Of a stretch of DNA of 64,000 bases, positions 1 to 10,290 are shown piece by piece. This stretch comes from Chloroflexota bacterium (GTDB taxonomy: Bacteria > Chloroflexota > UBA11872 > VXOZ01): NCBI GenBank assembly GCA_964291655.2, contig OZ219802.1, positions 960,001 through 1,024,000 on the forward strand. Direction: 5' to 3'. Below the pieces are notes generated by a model. It saw only the letters and a program-made list of their open reading frames with translations, had not been told where the DNA came from and made no database searches. Every line of letters starts with the position of its first letter. The stretch's first letter is position 1. A program made the position numbers and the translations under genes.

Positions 1-1686
1 CTTCTCGCCACGGGAAATGGCATCCAGGTCTTCTTCCATCCCCGCCGTAAACTCAGGTTTGATGATGTCGGGGAAGTGCTTGACCAACATGTCTCGCACC
101 ACTATCCCTAATTCTGTAGGCTTGAGGCTGCGTCGCTCGCGCTCAACGTAGGTGCGCTCCTGAATTACCGATAGGATAGGCGCGTACGTGCTCGGCCTGC
201 CGATGCCCTCCTCTTCCAGTGACCGAATGAGGCTTGCCTCGGTAAAGCGTGCGGGCGGCTGGGTGAAGTGCTGGTCCGGCCAAACCTTGCGCAGGTCTAC
301 TTCTTCGCCTTCTCCCAATGTGGGCAGCGACTTCTTCTCGTCATCTGCCTCCTCGTCTGCTCGGTAGATCCGATAGAAGCCGGGAAACTTCACTTTAGTA
401 GCAGACGCGCGGAAGCGATACGCCAGGCTTGTGCCATCCCGCTGCGGCACGATGTCTACCGATGTAGTCTGCAACAAGGCCGGGCGCATCTGGCTGGCAA
501 CGAACCGCTGCCAAATGAGCGTATAGAGCTTAAGCTGGTTTGCATCCAGAAACTCTCGCATTTGGTCCGGCGTCCGCATCGCGCTGGTGGGGCGGATTGC
601 TTCGTGGGCTTCCTGGGCATTCTTCACACGCGATGTATAGCGATTTGGTTCTTCGGGTACTTCATCCGCGCCGTATGTCTGATCGATGAACTGCCGCACC
701 TGTGCAATTGCCTCGCCGCTCACCTGCACGGAGTCCGTACGCATGTAGGTGATAAGGCCCACTTGGCCTTCCCCGCCAATCTCAATGCCCTCATACAGTT
801 GCTGGGCGAGACGCATAGTGCGCGCGGCGCCATAGCCCAGGCGGCCGGAGGCATCTTGCTGCAAGGTGCTCGTTGTGTACGGAGCGCTCGGCCGCCGCCG
901 CCGCTCACGTACCGAGATCTTCTGCACGGTCCAATCAGCGCTGTCCAATTCCGCGAGGATGCCCTGTGCCGTATCCGCATCGCTAATGTCGGGCTTCTTG
1001 CCGTGTACTTGCACGAGCTCGGCGTCGAACTCATCCTGCGTCTTTGAAGAAGTCAGCGCGCGCTTGTCGGGTCTTTTCGCGAGTGTGGCGTGTATCGACC
1101 AGTACTCTTGGGGATCGAACGCCTCGATCTCCCGTTCGCGGTCCACAATAAGGCGGAGCGCAACCGATTGCACCCTCCCCGCCGATAGACCCCGTTGGAC
1201 TTTGCGCCAGAGAAACGGGCTCATCTTGTAACCGACCAAGCGATCCAGCACCCGCCGCGCTTGCTGTGCATCCACAAGGTCCGCGTTGATTTCGCGCGGT
1301 TCCTCCAAAGCGTGCTGCACGGCATTCTTGGTAATCTCGTGGAAAACCACGCGCTTGGCGCTTAGGTCCTGGTTCTTCGTCTTGCGCTTGAGCGCCTCGA
1401 GCAGATGCCACGCTATCGCTTCACCTTCCCGGTCCGGGTCGGTGGCGAGCAAGATTTCACTTGCTTTCTTTGCCTGCTCCGTAAGCTTCTTGACCGTAGC
1501 GCTCTTGTCACGGGGCACCACGTAGGAGGGCGCAAAGTCGTTGTCGACTTCTACGCCAAGTTTGCTCTTGGGAAGGTCCCGGACGTGTCCCATTGACGAC
1601 TCGACCGCATAGTTGCGGCCGAGGAACTTCTTGATTGTGCGCGCCTTAGTCGGCGACTCCACGACGATGAGTTTCCGTTTTGCCAA
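1..1686 (-). CDS. topA: DNA topoisomerase I (type IA), 3' end outside window
   Basis: Manual minus-strand translation from TTG at 1686: (M)AKRKLIVVESPTKARTIKKFLGRNYAVESSMGHVRDLPK (TOPRIM), DPDREGEAIAWH, SAGRVQ, ITYMRTDS, GIGRPSTYAPI. SD-like AGGTGA upstream. Absent from the ORF track because it runs off the edge. Confidence 0.96.
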   Translation of the reverse strand, partial: MAKRKLIVVESPTKARTIKKFLGRNYAVESSMGHVRDLPKSKLGVEVDNDFAPSYVVPRDKSATVKKLTEQAKKASEILLATDPDREGEAIAWHLLEALKRKTKNQDLSAKRVVFHEITKNAVQHALEEPREINADLVDAQQARRVLDRLVGYKMSPFLWRKVQRGLSAGRVQSVALRLIVDREREIEAFDPQEYWSIHATLAKRPDKRALTSSKTQDEFDAELVQVHGKKPDISDADTAQGILAELDSADWTVQKISVRERRRRPSAPYTTSTLQQDASGRLGYGAARTMRLAQQLYEGIEIGGEGQVGLITYMRTDSVQVSGEAIAQVRQFIDQTYGADEVPEEPNRYTSRVKNAQEAHEAIRPTSAMRTPDQMREFLDANQLKLYTLIWQRFVASQMRPALLQTTSVDIVPQRDGTSLAYRFRASATKVKFPGFYRIYRADEEADDEKKSLPTLGEGEEVDLRKVWPDQHFTQPPARFTEASLIRSLEEEGIGRPSTYAPILSVIQERTYVERERRSLKPTELGIVVRDMLVKHFPDIIKPEFTAGMEEDLDAISRGEK

Positions 1687-1844
1687 TGTTTTCACCTATA
1701 TGATTTGCTGCGAGCACGCCTATATTACACTATGCGCTACGGCAAGAGAAAAGGAACTTTCCACACGAGGACCGGGAAACCGACCGCCGCCCATCCTGCC
1801 TCTCCACCCAAGTCGTACACTCTACAACAAGACCCTACGCGCTG

Positions 1845-3137
1845 TCACGCGGGGGAACTGCTGCCGTACGTACGCTCCCAAGCGTGCAGTTCAGCGACAT
1901 TCTGCCGAATCTTGCGCACGGCGTCAAGGATTTCATCCATCCGTCGCCGCGAACCCAAGAAGAGCGTGTGCGAGAAAGCGAGCGCTTCAGTTTCAGCAAT
2001 GCGCTCCGTTTCCGGACACATGACGCCGGCATAGTCCATCTCTCGCCCATACACCTGCTCATTGAATGGGAAATTTGTTCGTCCGCAGTTCATTTCGGTA
2101 AGCGCCGGGTTCTTGTAGAGCGGCGCAGTCTGGCCCGTGCTCGTTGGAACGCCTTCAGCCTTCAGCGCGGCCAGAATGGTGTCGCGTTGAATATCCTCGA
2201 ATTCCGCGCCCAAGAAACGCCAATGCCAGATATAGAAGCTCCATCGCGTCACTCGAGGATCCCAAACCAAACTATCCACGCCAGGAATCTCTGCCAATCC
2301 CCGTATCAGATAGCGGACGTTTTCTTCTCGCGTCGCTATCTGCTTTGGCAGACGCTCCAGGCCGACAAGCCCCAGCGCTCCGATCCATTCCGACATGCGC
2401 AAATTGGTGGCTGGCAAAGATTGCGCCGGTTTCGGGCGTCCCACAATGCCGTTCACGTGGTGAAAACCGTACAGCCGCGCGCGGAGATCGTCCCGGTCGG
2501 TAAGCACCATGCCGCCTTCACCTAAAGGCAACACCTTACTACCCTGAAAGCTGAAAGCCCCAGCGTCCTCGATCGCGCCCACGCCGCGGCCTCGCCACTG
2601 GCTGCCATGGGCATGGGCACAGTCGCCAACGAGCGCAATGCCATGTTTGTCTGCCAGTGAGCGCAACGCGTCCAAATCGGCCGGCATGCCCCCATTGTGG
2701 ACACACATGACCGCCCGTGTCTTGGGCGTAACGGCGGCGTCGCACTTGCCGGCATCGATGTTGTACGTGCCGGGTTCAATGTCCACGAAAACAGGCACCC
2801 CGCCAACAGCAATTACCGCCGTGGGCACAGTTATCCACGTGGCGGCCGGGATGATGACCTCATCGCCGGGCTCTACGCCTACCGCCTGCAACGCCAGTTC
2901 CATACCTATCGACCCCGTAGCGACCGCTACGCCGTGCCGCGCGTCTTGAAACGCAGCAAAGGCGTCTTCAAATCGCCACACCCACGATTCCGCGCCCTGC
3001 GACTTGGAGCGCGTCCATGCCCCGCTCTGCAAGACTTCCATCAGCGCCCGCTCGTCGCGGTCATCGTGTACCGGCCAGGCACTATCAAGCGGCACGTCAA
3101 CGATTGGCGTTCCACCGGTCAATGCAAGTTTTCCCAT
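1845..3137 (-). CDS. DegT/DnrJ/EryC1/StrS family PLP-dependent aminotransferase
   Basis: GDEVIIPAATW, VPVFVDIEP, DCAHAHG, FSFQGSK (PLP lysine), GEGG. Confidence 0.9.
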   Translation of the reverse strand: MGKLALTGGTPIVDVPLDSAWPVHDDRDERALMEVLQSGAWTRSKSQGAESWVWRFEDAFAAFQDARHGVAVATGSIGMELALQAVGVEPGDEVIIPAATWITVPTAVIAVGGVPVFVDIEPGTYNIDAGKCDAAVTPKTRAVMCVHNGGMPADLDALRSLADKHGIALVGDCAHAHGSQWRGRGVGAIEDAGAFSFQGSKVLPLGEGGMVLTDRDDLRARLYGFHHVNGIVGRPKPAQSLPATNLRMSEWIGALGLVGLERLPKQIATREENVRYLIRGLAEIPGVDSLVWDPRVTRWSFYIWHWRFLGAEFEDIQRDTILAALKAEGVPTSTGQTAPLYKNPALTEMNCGRTNFPFNEQVYGREMDYAGVMCPETERIAETEALAFSHTLFLGSRRRMDEILDAVRKIRQNVAELHAWERTYGSSSPA

Positions 3138-3297
3138 GTATGGGTCATCCTCTTGTGTTAATCAGGGCTGATGGTAGTTACGCACCTGGCAGGCTGGCCG
3201 TTCACCACACACATTCCGGTTGCGTCAGCATACCACTCGACGTAATGTGCGAACTCCTTGATTCTGACGAAGGACTCAATCCAAAAGCAAGTTTCGG

Positions 3298-4443
3298 CTA
3301 GTGTTCCGCAATATTCTCCTGCACCAAAACCCGAAATCCACCCAAACCATCGGGCCAGATGAGGTCGGTGATGGCGCGCTTGGCGCGCTGCGTCTCTGCC
3401 GTGGCGGGCCGGGCCGCCAGCGCCGTCAATTCCTCGCCAATGCCAAGTCTCATGAGGTACTCCGCTTGAGACTGCAAACTGACCGTACCCAGGCCGAATG
3501 CCTCACCATACTCCACAAGCGCGGAAAAGTTTACGTGGGCGGTGATGTCCTGGGAGCCGATGCGGTCATAGGGGTTCTTGCCAACACGATGGCGGTGGTA
3601 GCAGGCGAGTGTGCCGTCGACCCAGCGTGCGCTGCACAGTTCCTGCCACGTAGCGCCGTAGTCTATGGTGAGCACCGTGCCTTGGTTCAATACCTGTGCA
3701 ATGGTTTTCCACCGCGCCAAGGCCGCCAGGCAAATCTCGCCTTGCCAGCCTTCCGGCGGCCGGCCCAGTCGCTCCACGAAAGCTCCGAGTTCCGGGCAGG
3801 ACGGTGCGTCATACAATTCGCAGAGCCGACCTTCACGCACCGTCACGTAAAGTTCCTGCAGCGCACCGCCCTTAACTCGTACCCGGTGTACTGGCAGCGC
3901 GTCCAGGAACTCGTTGGATAGCACGATGCCGTATACTGGCGCCGAAGGGGCATGGCTTATGTCAATGGGTTGCGCGGCAACCGCGGCGAGCGCCTCTCGC
4001 TGTGCGATGTTCGGACCTGGACCACGGTCAACCAACTGGTAGCGTGTACTCTTCCAACACCGCGGAATCTCATTACGCAGCCCATTGAGAATATCCCACG
4101 CCAGGATACCCCGTCCCGCCCCCATCTCCACCACGTCAAAGTGCTGGGGTTCGCCAAGTTCTTGCCAGACCCGCGCCACGTGACGGGCAAGATATGCGCC
4201 AAAGACCGCGTGAAGCTGCGGGGACGTGTAGTAGTCATGCGGCGGGCCGGCGTGAAGCTCAGGCACAGGACTCCCATCGGAGCGTGAATGTCTGTCAGCG
4301 GGCTCTTCGCTCGCATCACAGTGACCTGGGGATGCAGTGTAGTAACCCACTCCCGGCGCATAGAGCGCGGTCTCCATATACTCCGCAAATGTTATCCTGC
4401 CCTTTTCCGCGATCGCCGCGCGCACCAGGTACTCTGCCGTCAT
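3298..4443 (-). CDS. SAM-dependent methyltransferase, MidA/NDUFAF7 family
   Basis: ITFAEYMETALYAPGVGYY, DYYTSP, VVEMGAGRG, SNEFLDALPV, IDYG, QDITAHVNF. Confidence 0.88.
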   Translation of the reverse strand: MTAEYLVRAAIAEKGRITFAEYMETALYAPGVGYYTASPGHCDASEEPADRHSRSDGSPVPELHAGPPHDYYTSPQLHAVFGAYLARHVARVWQELGEPQHFDVVEMGAGRGILAWDILNGLRNEIPRCWKSTRYQLVDRGPGPNIAQREALAAVAAQPIDISHAPSAPVYGIVLSNEFLDALPVHRVRVKGGALQELYVTVREGRLCELYDAPSCPELGAFVERLGRPPEGWQGEICLAALARWKTIAQVLNQGTVLTIDYGATWQELCSARWVDGTLACYHRHRVGKNPYDRIGSQDITAHVNFSALVEYGEAFGLGTVSLQSQAEYLMRLGIGEELTALAARPATAETQRAKRAITDLIWPDGLGGFRVLVQENIAEH

Positions 4444-4760
4444 AGTGCCGTACTTTCATCGGGGGAACTGCCTGTTGCTTGGCAGTGCTCTATACGAGTG
4501 TTGTCATTTCGCTGTGCAAGGGAAGCAAAGCGTCAGCAAGCTGTCTGCACGGTAAAGCGCTGATAAAGAAGGAAGTGAAACGAACAGCCGCCAGCAGACT
4601 TGGCTGCCAGGCCGCTCGTCTCTGTGCCGTACGCCTTAGCCTGCATCTCAATCCCGCCCATTGTCAACTCATGATGAAGGTGCACCTTGCCTCCTTTCTG
4701 TACAATAGAGAGCAATACGGCAGCGGACAACACGACGTGAGATCGAGGGAGGTTTGGGGA

Positions 4761-6521
4761 ATGGCGCTGCGAAGCCAAAAGCTACGAGACCTCAACCGCC
4801 AAGGCGATGCCCTGCGCATGGGCATGGACTGGACAGTTGACGATTTGGGCAAGCCGCAGGTGCTGGTGGAGAGTGTGACCGGCTGTTCCCACCCGTCCAG
4901 CGTGCATCTCGGCGACTTGGTCGAGCAAGCCAAGTTCGGCGTCTACACGCGCGGCGGCAAGCCCGCCGAGTTTTACTGCACCGACATCTGCGATGGCGTG
5001 GCCCAAGCCCACGCCGGCATGAGCTATAGCCTGCCTTCCCGGGACATCATCAGCTACATGACGGAGATCCACGCCCTGGCGCATCCCCATGACGCCATGG
5101 TGTGCATTTCCACTGCCGACAAGGCTGTGCCCGGCCACCTGATGGCCATGGCGCGCGTGAACCTCCCGGCTATCCACATTCCCGGCGGCACCCAGACTAA
5201 CGGCCCTTGCAATATGTCGTCTGAGCTCATGTACCCGCTCGGCATCATGCGCGACAAAGGGCAGATCACCGAGGAAGAGCTGATCGCCAAGCAGAAGCAC
5301 GCCTGTCCCACGCCCGGCGCGTGCCAGTTCATGGGCACTGCCAGCAGCAATCAAGTAATCGCTGAGGCGCTAGGCCTCGCATTGCCGGGCAGCGCGCTCA
5401 TACCGGCCGCGCTCCGCGAGCTCACCCGCATGGCCCGCGACGCCGGCGAGCAGGTGATGACATTGCTGGAAAAAAATATCCGGCCCCGCGACATTCTGAC
5501 GCCGGAGGCGTTCCATAACGCCCTCGTGCTCCACGCCGCCGTCGGAGGCTCAACCAACCTTCTCATCCACCTGCCTGCCATCGCCGCGGAGGTCGGTATC
5601 GAGATCCGTCCGCAGCAGTTTGACGAGATTGGCAGAAAAGTGCCGGTGCTGACCGACGTGAAGACCTACGGCACCCATCCGGTGGAATACATCTGGTACT
5701 GCGGCGGTGTGCCGGCTCTGATGAACGAGGTAAAGGAATTCCTGCACCTGGACTGCCTTACGGTGACTGGTAAGACCATCGGCGAGAACTTGGACGACCT
5801 GGCAGAGTCCGGCTGGTTCGAGGAGATCGCGGGATATCTGGACAACCACGGCGTCCGCAAGGAAGAAGTGCTCTATCCGATTGAGAAGCCCTACAAATCG
5901 GGCGGCACGATTGCCGTGCTTACCGGCAACCTGGCGCCGGAGGGAGCGGTGATGAAGCACGTCGCCGCCGACCCGCGCACGCACCAGATGACGGGACGCG
6001 CCGTGCCCTACGACCGCGAAGAGGATGCGATTGAAGGCGTCACAAACGACGAGATCAAACCCGGCGACGTGATGGTCATCCGGTACGAGGGGCTGCGTGC
6101 CTCCGGCATGCCGGAAATGTACTTCTGTACTACCGTCATCTCAGCGCGGCCCGATCTGGAAGCAAGCACCGCCATCATCACCGACGGCCGCTATTCCGGC
6201 GCCGCCAAAGGCCCGGCCATCGGCCACGTGATGCCGGAAGCCGCTCTGGGCGGCCCGCTTGCTCTCGTGGAAAAGGACGACCTTATCCAAATCGACGTGC
6301 CCGCGCGCTCGTTGGCAATTGTGGGCGTAAACGGTGAGCGGCGGTCGCCGGAGGAAATTGAGCAGATCCTTTCGGAGCGGCGCAGCCGCTGGCAGGCGCC
6401 CGCGCTTGCGCACGAGTCCGGCGTGCTTTCGCTCTATAGGCGCGAGCCCGTTACCTCCACAAACGGTTTGCCGGCAAGTGTCACCGCACGCCCACAGGCA
6501 GAATCAACCCCACGACCATGA
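4761..6521 (+). CDS. IlvD/Edd family dehydratase (dihydroxy-acid or sugar-acid dehydratase)
   Basis: [55 protein letters not shown] 4761 follows GGAGG. Confidence 0.9.
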   Translation: MALRSQKLRDLNRQGDALRMGMDWTVDDLGKPQVLVESVTGCSHPSSVHLGDLVEQAKFGVYTRGGKPAEFYCTDICDGVAQAHAGMSYSLPSRDIISYMTEIHALAHPHDAMVCISTADKAVPGHLMAMARVNLPAIHIPGGTQTNGPCNMSSELMYPLGIMRDKGQITEEELIAKQKHACPTPGACQFMGTASSNQVIAEALGLALPGSALIPAALRELTRMARDAGEQVMTLLEKNIRPRDILTPEAFHNALVLHAAVGGSTNLLIHLPAIAAEVGIEIRPQQFDEIGRKVPVLTDVKTYGTHPVEYIWYCGGVPALMNEVKEFLHLDCLTVTGKTIGENLDDLAESGWFEEIAGYLDNHGVRKEEVLYPIEKPYKSGGTIAVLTGNLAPEGAVMKHVAADPRTHQMTGRAVPYDREEDAIEGVTNDEIKPGDVMVIRYEGLRASGMPEMYFCTTVISARPDLEASTAIITDGRYSGAAKGPAIGHVMPEAALGGPLALVEKDDLIQIDVPARSLAIVGVNGERRSPEEIEQILSERRSRWQAPALAHESGVLSLYRREPVTSTNGLPASVTARPQAESTPRP

Positions 6522-7786
6522 GCGCGCGGTCGCCCTATCCACTGTATGCCGTTCTGACGTTGGCATTGCATGCCCAAGGTCTTGGGAGGTCGCTGGGCGC
6601 GATCTCACGACCCGGCACCGAGGATGTCTACGCGGCGATTGAGCGCGTGGGCTGGGTGCAGATCGACACGCTCCAGGTCGTCAACCGCGCGCACTACGTC
6701 ACACTTTGGAGCAGGCTGGGCAGCTACGACACCTCGCTTCTGGATAGACTCCTCTTCGACGACGGCAACACGTCTCCCGACAACAACCGCCGTCTGTTCG
6801 AGTACTGGGCGCACGCGGCCTGCATAATCCCCTTGACCCTCTACCCGTATTTGCTGCCGCGCATGCGCAGCTACCGGGAGGGCGATAACAAGCCGTACCG
6901 GAATTGGCTGGCCAATGCTGAGAAACAGCAATTTGTGAAGGATGTCTACGCAGCGGTGCGGGAACACGGGGGCTCCCGCGCGGCAGACTTTCGCACCGAC
7001 AAGCGCGCGCCGGGAACCTGGTGGAACTGGGACGATGCAAAGGTCTCACTGGAACATCTTTACAACATTGGCGAACTCGCAATCGCCAACCGCGTAAACT
7101 TCCAACGAATTTACGACGTTCGTGATCGTGTGCTGCCGTCCTGGGTCAATAGAGAAGAGCCAACCGAGGAAAAGGCGCTAAAGCACTTGCTGGAGATTTC
7201 CATGCGGGCATTTGGGGTCTGCACGCCGGAGCAAGTCGGAAACTACTTCAAGCTCAAGGCCAGCGAGGCTCGGCCCCTGGTGAGAGGGCTGATGGAAGAT
7301 GGCACGTTCGCCACTGTTCAGGCCCAGCTCGCAGATGGTGGAACGCACGATCTCCTCGTGCATCGCGAAAACCTGCCGCTGCTGGATGCCGCGGCAGATG
7401 GCTCCCTTCGCGTCCGCCGGACGACGTTTCTCAATCCCTTCGACAGTCTCTTCTGGGCCAGAGGCCGTGACCGCGCCATGTGGAATTTCCGTCAGAAGTT
7501 GGAGTGCTACGTGCCTGCGCCCGAGCGAAAGTGGGGATACTTTTGTCTGCCAATCTTGAACAAGAGACGCCTGGTCGGCCGCTTTGATCCAAAGCTGGAA
7601 CGAAAGACCGGACTGCTCCGGCTGAAGGCGCTTCACCTTGAATCCGGCGTGAAGCCGAGCGACCGCCTGGCAGCCTCCGTCGCCCGCGCCATGCGCGACT
7701 TCATGCGCTTTCACGACGCGACAGACCTTGTAATTGAAAACAGCGACCCCACGGAGTTTGGCACAAAACTCATGGCTGCCTTATAG
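6518..7786 (+). CDS. YcaQ/AlkZ-like winged-helix DNA glycosylase family protein
   Basis: VQIDTLQVVNRAHY (QxD motif), LFEYWAHAAC, NFQRIYD, FLNPFDSL, ECYVPAPERKWGYF. ATGA overlap with the upstream gene. Confidence 0.85.
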   Translation: MSARSPYPLYAVLTLALHAQGLGRSLGAISRPGTEDVYAAIERVGWVQIDTLQVVNRAHYVTLWSRLGSYDTSLLDRLLFDDGNTSPDNNRRLFEYWAHAACIIPLTLYPYLLPRMRSYREGDNKPYRNWLANAEKQQFVKDVYAAVREHGGSRAADFRTDKRAPGTWWNWDDAKVSLEHLYNIGELAIANRVNFQRIYDVRDRVLPSWVNREEPTEEKALKHLLEISMRAFGVCTPEQVGNYFKLKASEARPLVRGLMEDGTFATVQAQLADGGTHDLLVHRENLPLLDAAADGSLRVRRTTFLNPFDSLFWARGRDRAMWNFRQKLECYVPAPERKWGYFCLPILNKRRLVGRFDPKLERKTGLLRLKALHLESGVKPSDRLAASVARAMRDFMRFHDATDLVIENSDPTEFGTKLMAAL

Positions 7787-7860
7787 ACTACCGCTAGACT
7801 CTTAATTAGCCGGTGAGTTTTGTCCTGTGAGAAGCTCCAACCACCACGGGAGGCATTGCC

Positions 7861-8292
7861 ATGCAAACGGTCACGGTAAAGAGCCACGAACGGCTTCAGC
7901 ACGTCGTGGTCACCGATTCACACGCACTTGTCGCGGACGAGCCGCCGCCGGAGGGCGAGAATCTCGGTCCCAATCCCTATGAATTGCTGCTGGCCTCGCT
8001 CGGCACCTGAACGGCCATGACGCTGCGGCTGTATGCCGACAGGAAAGCGTGGGACTTGGATTCAGTGCGGGTGGAACTCAGCCACGAGCGAGTCCACGCC
8101 CGCGACTGCGCGGAGTGCGAGCAAGAAGGCAGTTCCAAAATCGACCTCATCCGGCGCTACATCGTCGTCTCCGGCGCAATTGACGAAGTCCAGGCCAAGC
8201 GGCTCCTGCAAATCTCCGAGCGCTGCCCGGTGCACCGCACGCTTGAGGGCGGCCCGACAATTCTCACTGAGCTCGATGTAGTGCCGGGCTAA
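7861..8292 (+). CDS. OsmC/Ohr-like peroxiredoxin-family protein, probable selenoprotein (UGA codon 50)
   Basis: GGGAGG SD then ATG 7861: MQTVTVKSHERLQHVVVTDSHALVADEPPPEGENLGPNPYELLLASLGT-TGA(8008-8010)-TAMTLRLYA...RCPVHRTL. The TGA occupies the conserved LGxCT cysteine. Downstream hairpin at 8020-8050. Confidence 0.85.
8020..8050 (+). promoter_or_regulatory. Candidate bacterial SECIS element for the OsmC-like gene
   Basis: ACGCT(8020-24)/AGCGT(8046-50) lower stem, CGGC(8026-29)/GCCG(8035-38) upper stem, loop TGTAT with G 21 nt after the UGA. Confidence 0.6.
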
Positions 8293-8395
8293 AAGTACTC
8301 TCATTGCGTAGGTCATCTAAGCCGGAGGAGAAGCCGAGAGTCGCAAGGTGGGAGACCGGCACTCGGCGGCAAGTGCGACTGGAGAGGATCGGATG

Positions 8396-8419
8396 GATTC
8401 CCGCTTTCGCGGGAATGAC
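8396..8419 (-). repeat. Palindromic repeat, GTCATTCC(C/G)GC..GC(G/C)GGAATC family
   Basis: GATTCCCGCTTTCGCGGGAATGAC. Related copies at 12601, 12706, 12835, 55668, 61026, 61129. Confidence 0.85.
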
Positions 8420-8462
8420 GAGTTTTTGCGGGATCGACATACAAGATGCTGTCCCACTCTGT

Positions 8463-8486
8463 GTAGCGCGGGGGCTTGTCCCCCGC
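8463..8486 (+). repeat. GTAG-type REP (GTAGCGCGGGGGCTTGTCCCCCGC)
   Basis: GTAG tetranucleotide plus GCGGGGG/CCCCCGC stem. Copies at 12648, 12777, 38996, 39078, 58978(-), 60269, 61184(-). Confidence 0.9.
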
Positions 8487-8713
8487 TCCGCTTACTGGAA
8501 AGAGAGCGTAGCGCGAGGACTTCCCTGCTCCGCACAGGATGCGCGTCGCCTGGAGAAAACTGATCCTGCGACCCACGCGGGGACAAGCTTTCGCGGAATT
8601 GACGGACAAGTTGCAGCCCTATTTCGTGGCAAGAAACCGCTTGGTTTATGGCGGGACGCCACAGCCAGAGAGTACAAGACTCCAGTGAGTCTCCTTTGAT
8701 GCGAAAAACGCAA

Positions 8714-10078
8714 TCAGTGAAGGCTATGCAATAGATCTAAAGCAGTCTCTTGCACACTCTCGCCTGCGACAGCGGTAAAGCGGCTCCAGCGGCCCATGTT
8801 CACCTCATAGCCGCCCTCCTCATAGGCTATCGGTGTGGGGAAATAGCCCTGGTAGCAGTTGGCGTACCCCACCACGAATGTGCGGCCAAAGGGCGACTGT
8901 TCTTTTATGTCTAGTCCAATTTGACAGAACAACTCGCCCGGCACGCCCACCCACGCGCTGTCCCCAATCGTCATTACTTGAATCTCGCCCACTTCTTGGC
9001 GCGCATCGTTGCGGGTGAGCATGTACTTCTCTCGCGCAAGGCGGTGCTTATTTGCCTCAGCACGTACTTCGGCAGCCGTCGCGCCGCTGCGCTGAAGGCG
9101 CTCCACCTGTTCGCTTGCGGCGGCGTATGCGCGTTCAGCCTCGCTGTTCGTGGGCAAGTCGGTGCGGTAGGACCAATGCACGTACGTTGAGGAAATCTGA
9201 ACACCACGTTCAACGGGCGGAACTTCCTCCGGCAACAATGAAGCCGCCACGCGCAGCACCTCGCCGGCAAGTTGCAGTCCAATCTCACGCGCGTCGCGCA
9301 CGTTGCGCCGCACCACCGGCGGATTGACGTCGCCGCACGCGCCTTGCGTGAACAGCGCGGTGACACTTGGCCCCAGGGCCGCCTCTACCGCGGCCATGGC
9401 AAAGCCGGGATAGTCCGCCGAAACGAGCGGCTGGCTCATGGCGCAGATGGGGTGTGCCGTGAAGTTGCAGAGCACCGCCAGCGGCGATCCGTCGGGACGC
9501 TGGGCGAGCAACACGCCCACCTCCGGGTCAATCGGGCCGCGGCGCACCAACTCGCCGGGCGCAGTTTGGTCCCAATTGCGGTACACGTTACCGTCGCTCC
9601 GTACCACGCGGCGGTTTTCTGATATCCCGTATATCTCACCGGAATGTACCTTTATGGCCGCCGGTTGGCGCTGCTGCCACGCGGCGATCGCTGCCCCCGC
9701 CAGATCATGTCCGAGCTTCTGCACCCACGGCCAACTCAAATCAAGGGTGGAGAGATCAATGGAAGCATGGCTGCTATGGGTATGGCTGGCGCTGAGCATC
9801 ACATTCTCACCCGAGATAGACGTATGTGTCGCCACCTGCTCCCGTACCCCGGCGGCAAACGCCGCCGGCGGAAATCCGATCATGTCGCAAGCAATAAGCG
9901 CAACCGTTCGCTCGCCATCGTCAATCACAAGCGCCTTGGCCCAGAGGTTGTCATTGACTCCCAAGAACGGGTCGTGGCGGTCCCAGTCGTAGCCAAGGTA
10001 CGGCACACCCACGTCGGGCGTTATGCAAACACGCGCAGTCCCCACCTGGAAGTATCCCTCGCGGTTATTCATCGGCAT
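8714..10078 (-). CDS. Neutral/alkaline non-lysosomal ceramidase N-terminal domain family hydrolase
   Basis: ITPDVG, DNLWAKALV, SASHTHS, NFTAHP, VSADYPG, QGACGDVNP, PGELF, GYAN, GGYE. Confidence 0.8.
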   Translation of the reverse strand: MPMNNREGYFQVGTARVCITPDVGVPYLGYDWDRHDPFLGVNDNLWAKALVIDDGERTVALIACDMIGFPPAAFAAGVREQVATHTSISGENVMLSASHTHSSHASIDLSTLDLSWPWVQKLGHDLAGAAIAAWQQRQPAAIKVHSGEIYGISENRRVVRSDGNVYRNWDQTAPGELVRRGPIDPEVGVLLAQRPDGSPLAVLCNFTAHPICAMSQPLVSADYPGFAMAAVEAALGPSVTALFTQGACGDVNPPVVRRNVRDAREIGLQLAGEVLRVAASLLPEEVPPVERGVQISSTYVHWSYRTDLPTNSEAERAYAAASEQVERLQRSGATAAEVRAEANKHRLAREKYMLTRNDARQEVGEIQVMTIGDSAWVGVPGELFCQIGLDIKEQSPFGRTFVVGYANCYQGYFPTPIAYEEGGYEVNMGRWSRFTAVAGESVQETALDLLHSLH

Positions 10079-10290
10079 GCTCACTTCACTTGTGTACTTT
10101 GCTCGGTCGTTTCGGAGAACTCTCATTGTGCAGGATACACACGACCCGCGGGGACTGTCGAAGGGCCCGCAGCGTGCTCACTACTCACACCACGCCTCGC
10201 CCCAAGAAAGCATATGCTCCCGCCACTCTCTTGTATAATCAGGAGAAACATGCGCCACGCAAGAAATTGAGCAGTCGGATGGAGGCACCC

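Noticed and set aside
268-1047. 259-aa plus-strand ORF
   Set aside because: Antisense to topA, which carries clear motifs.
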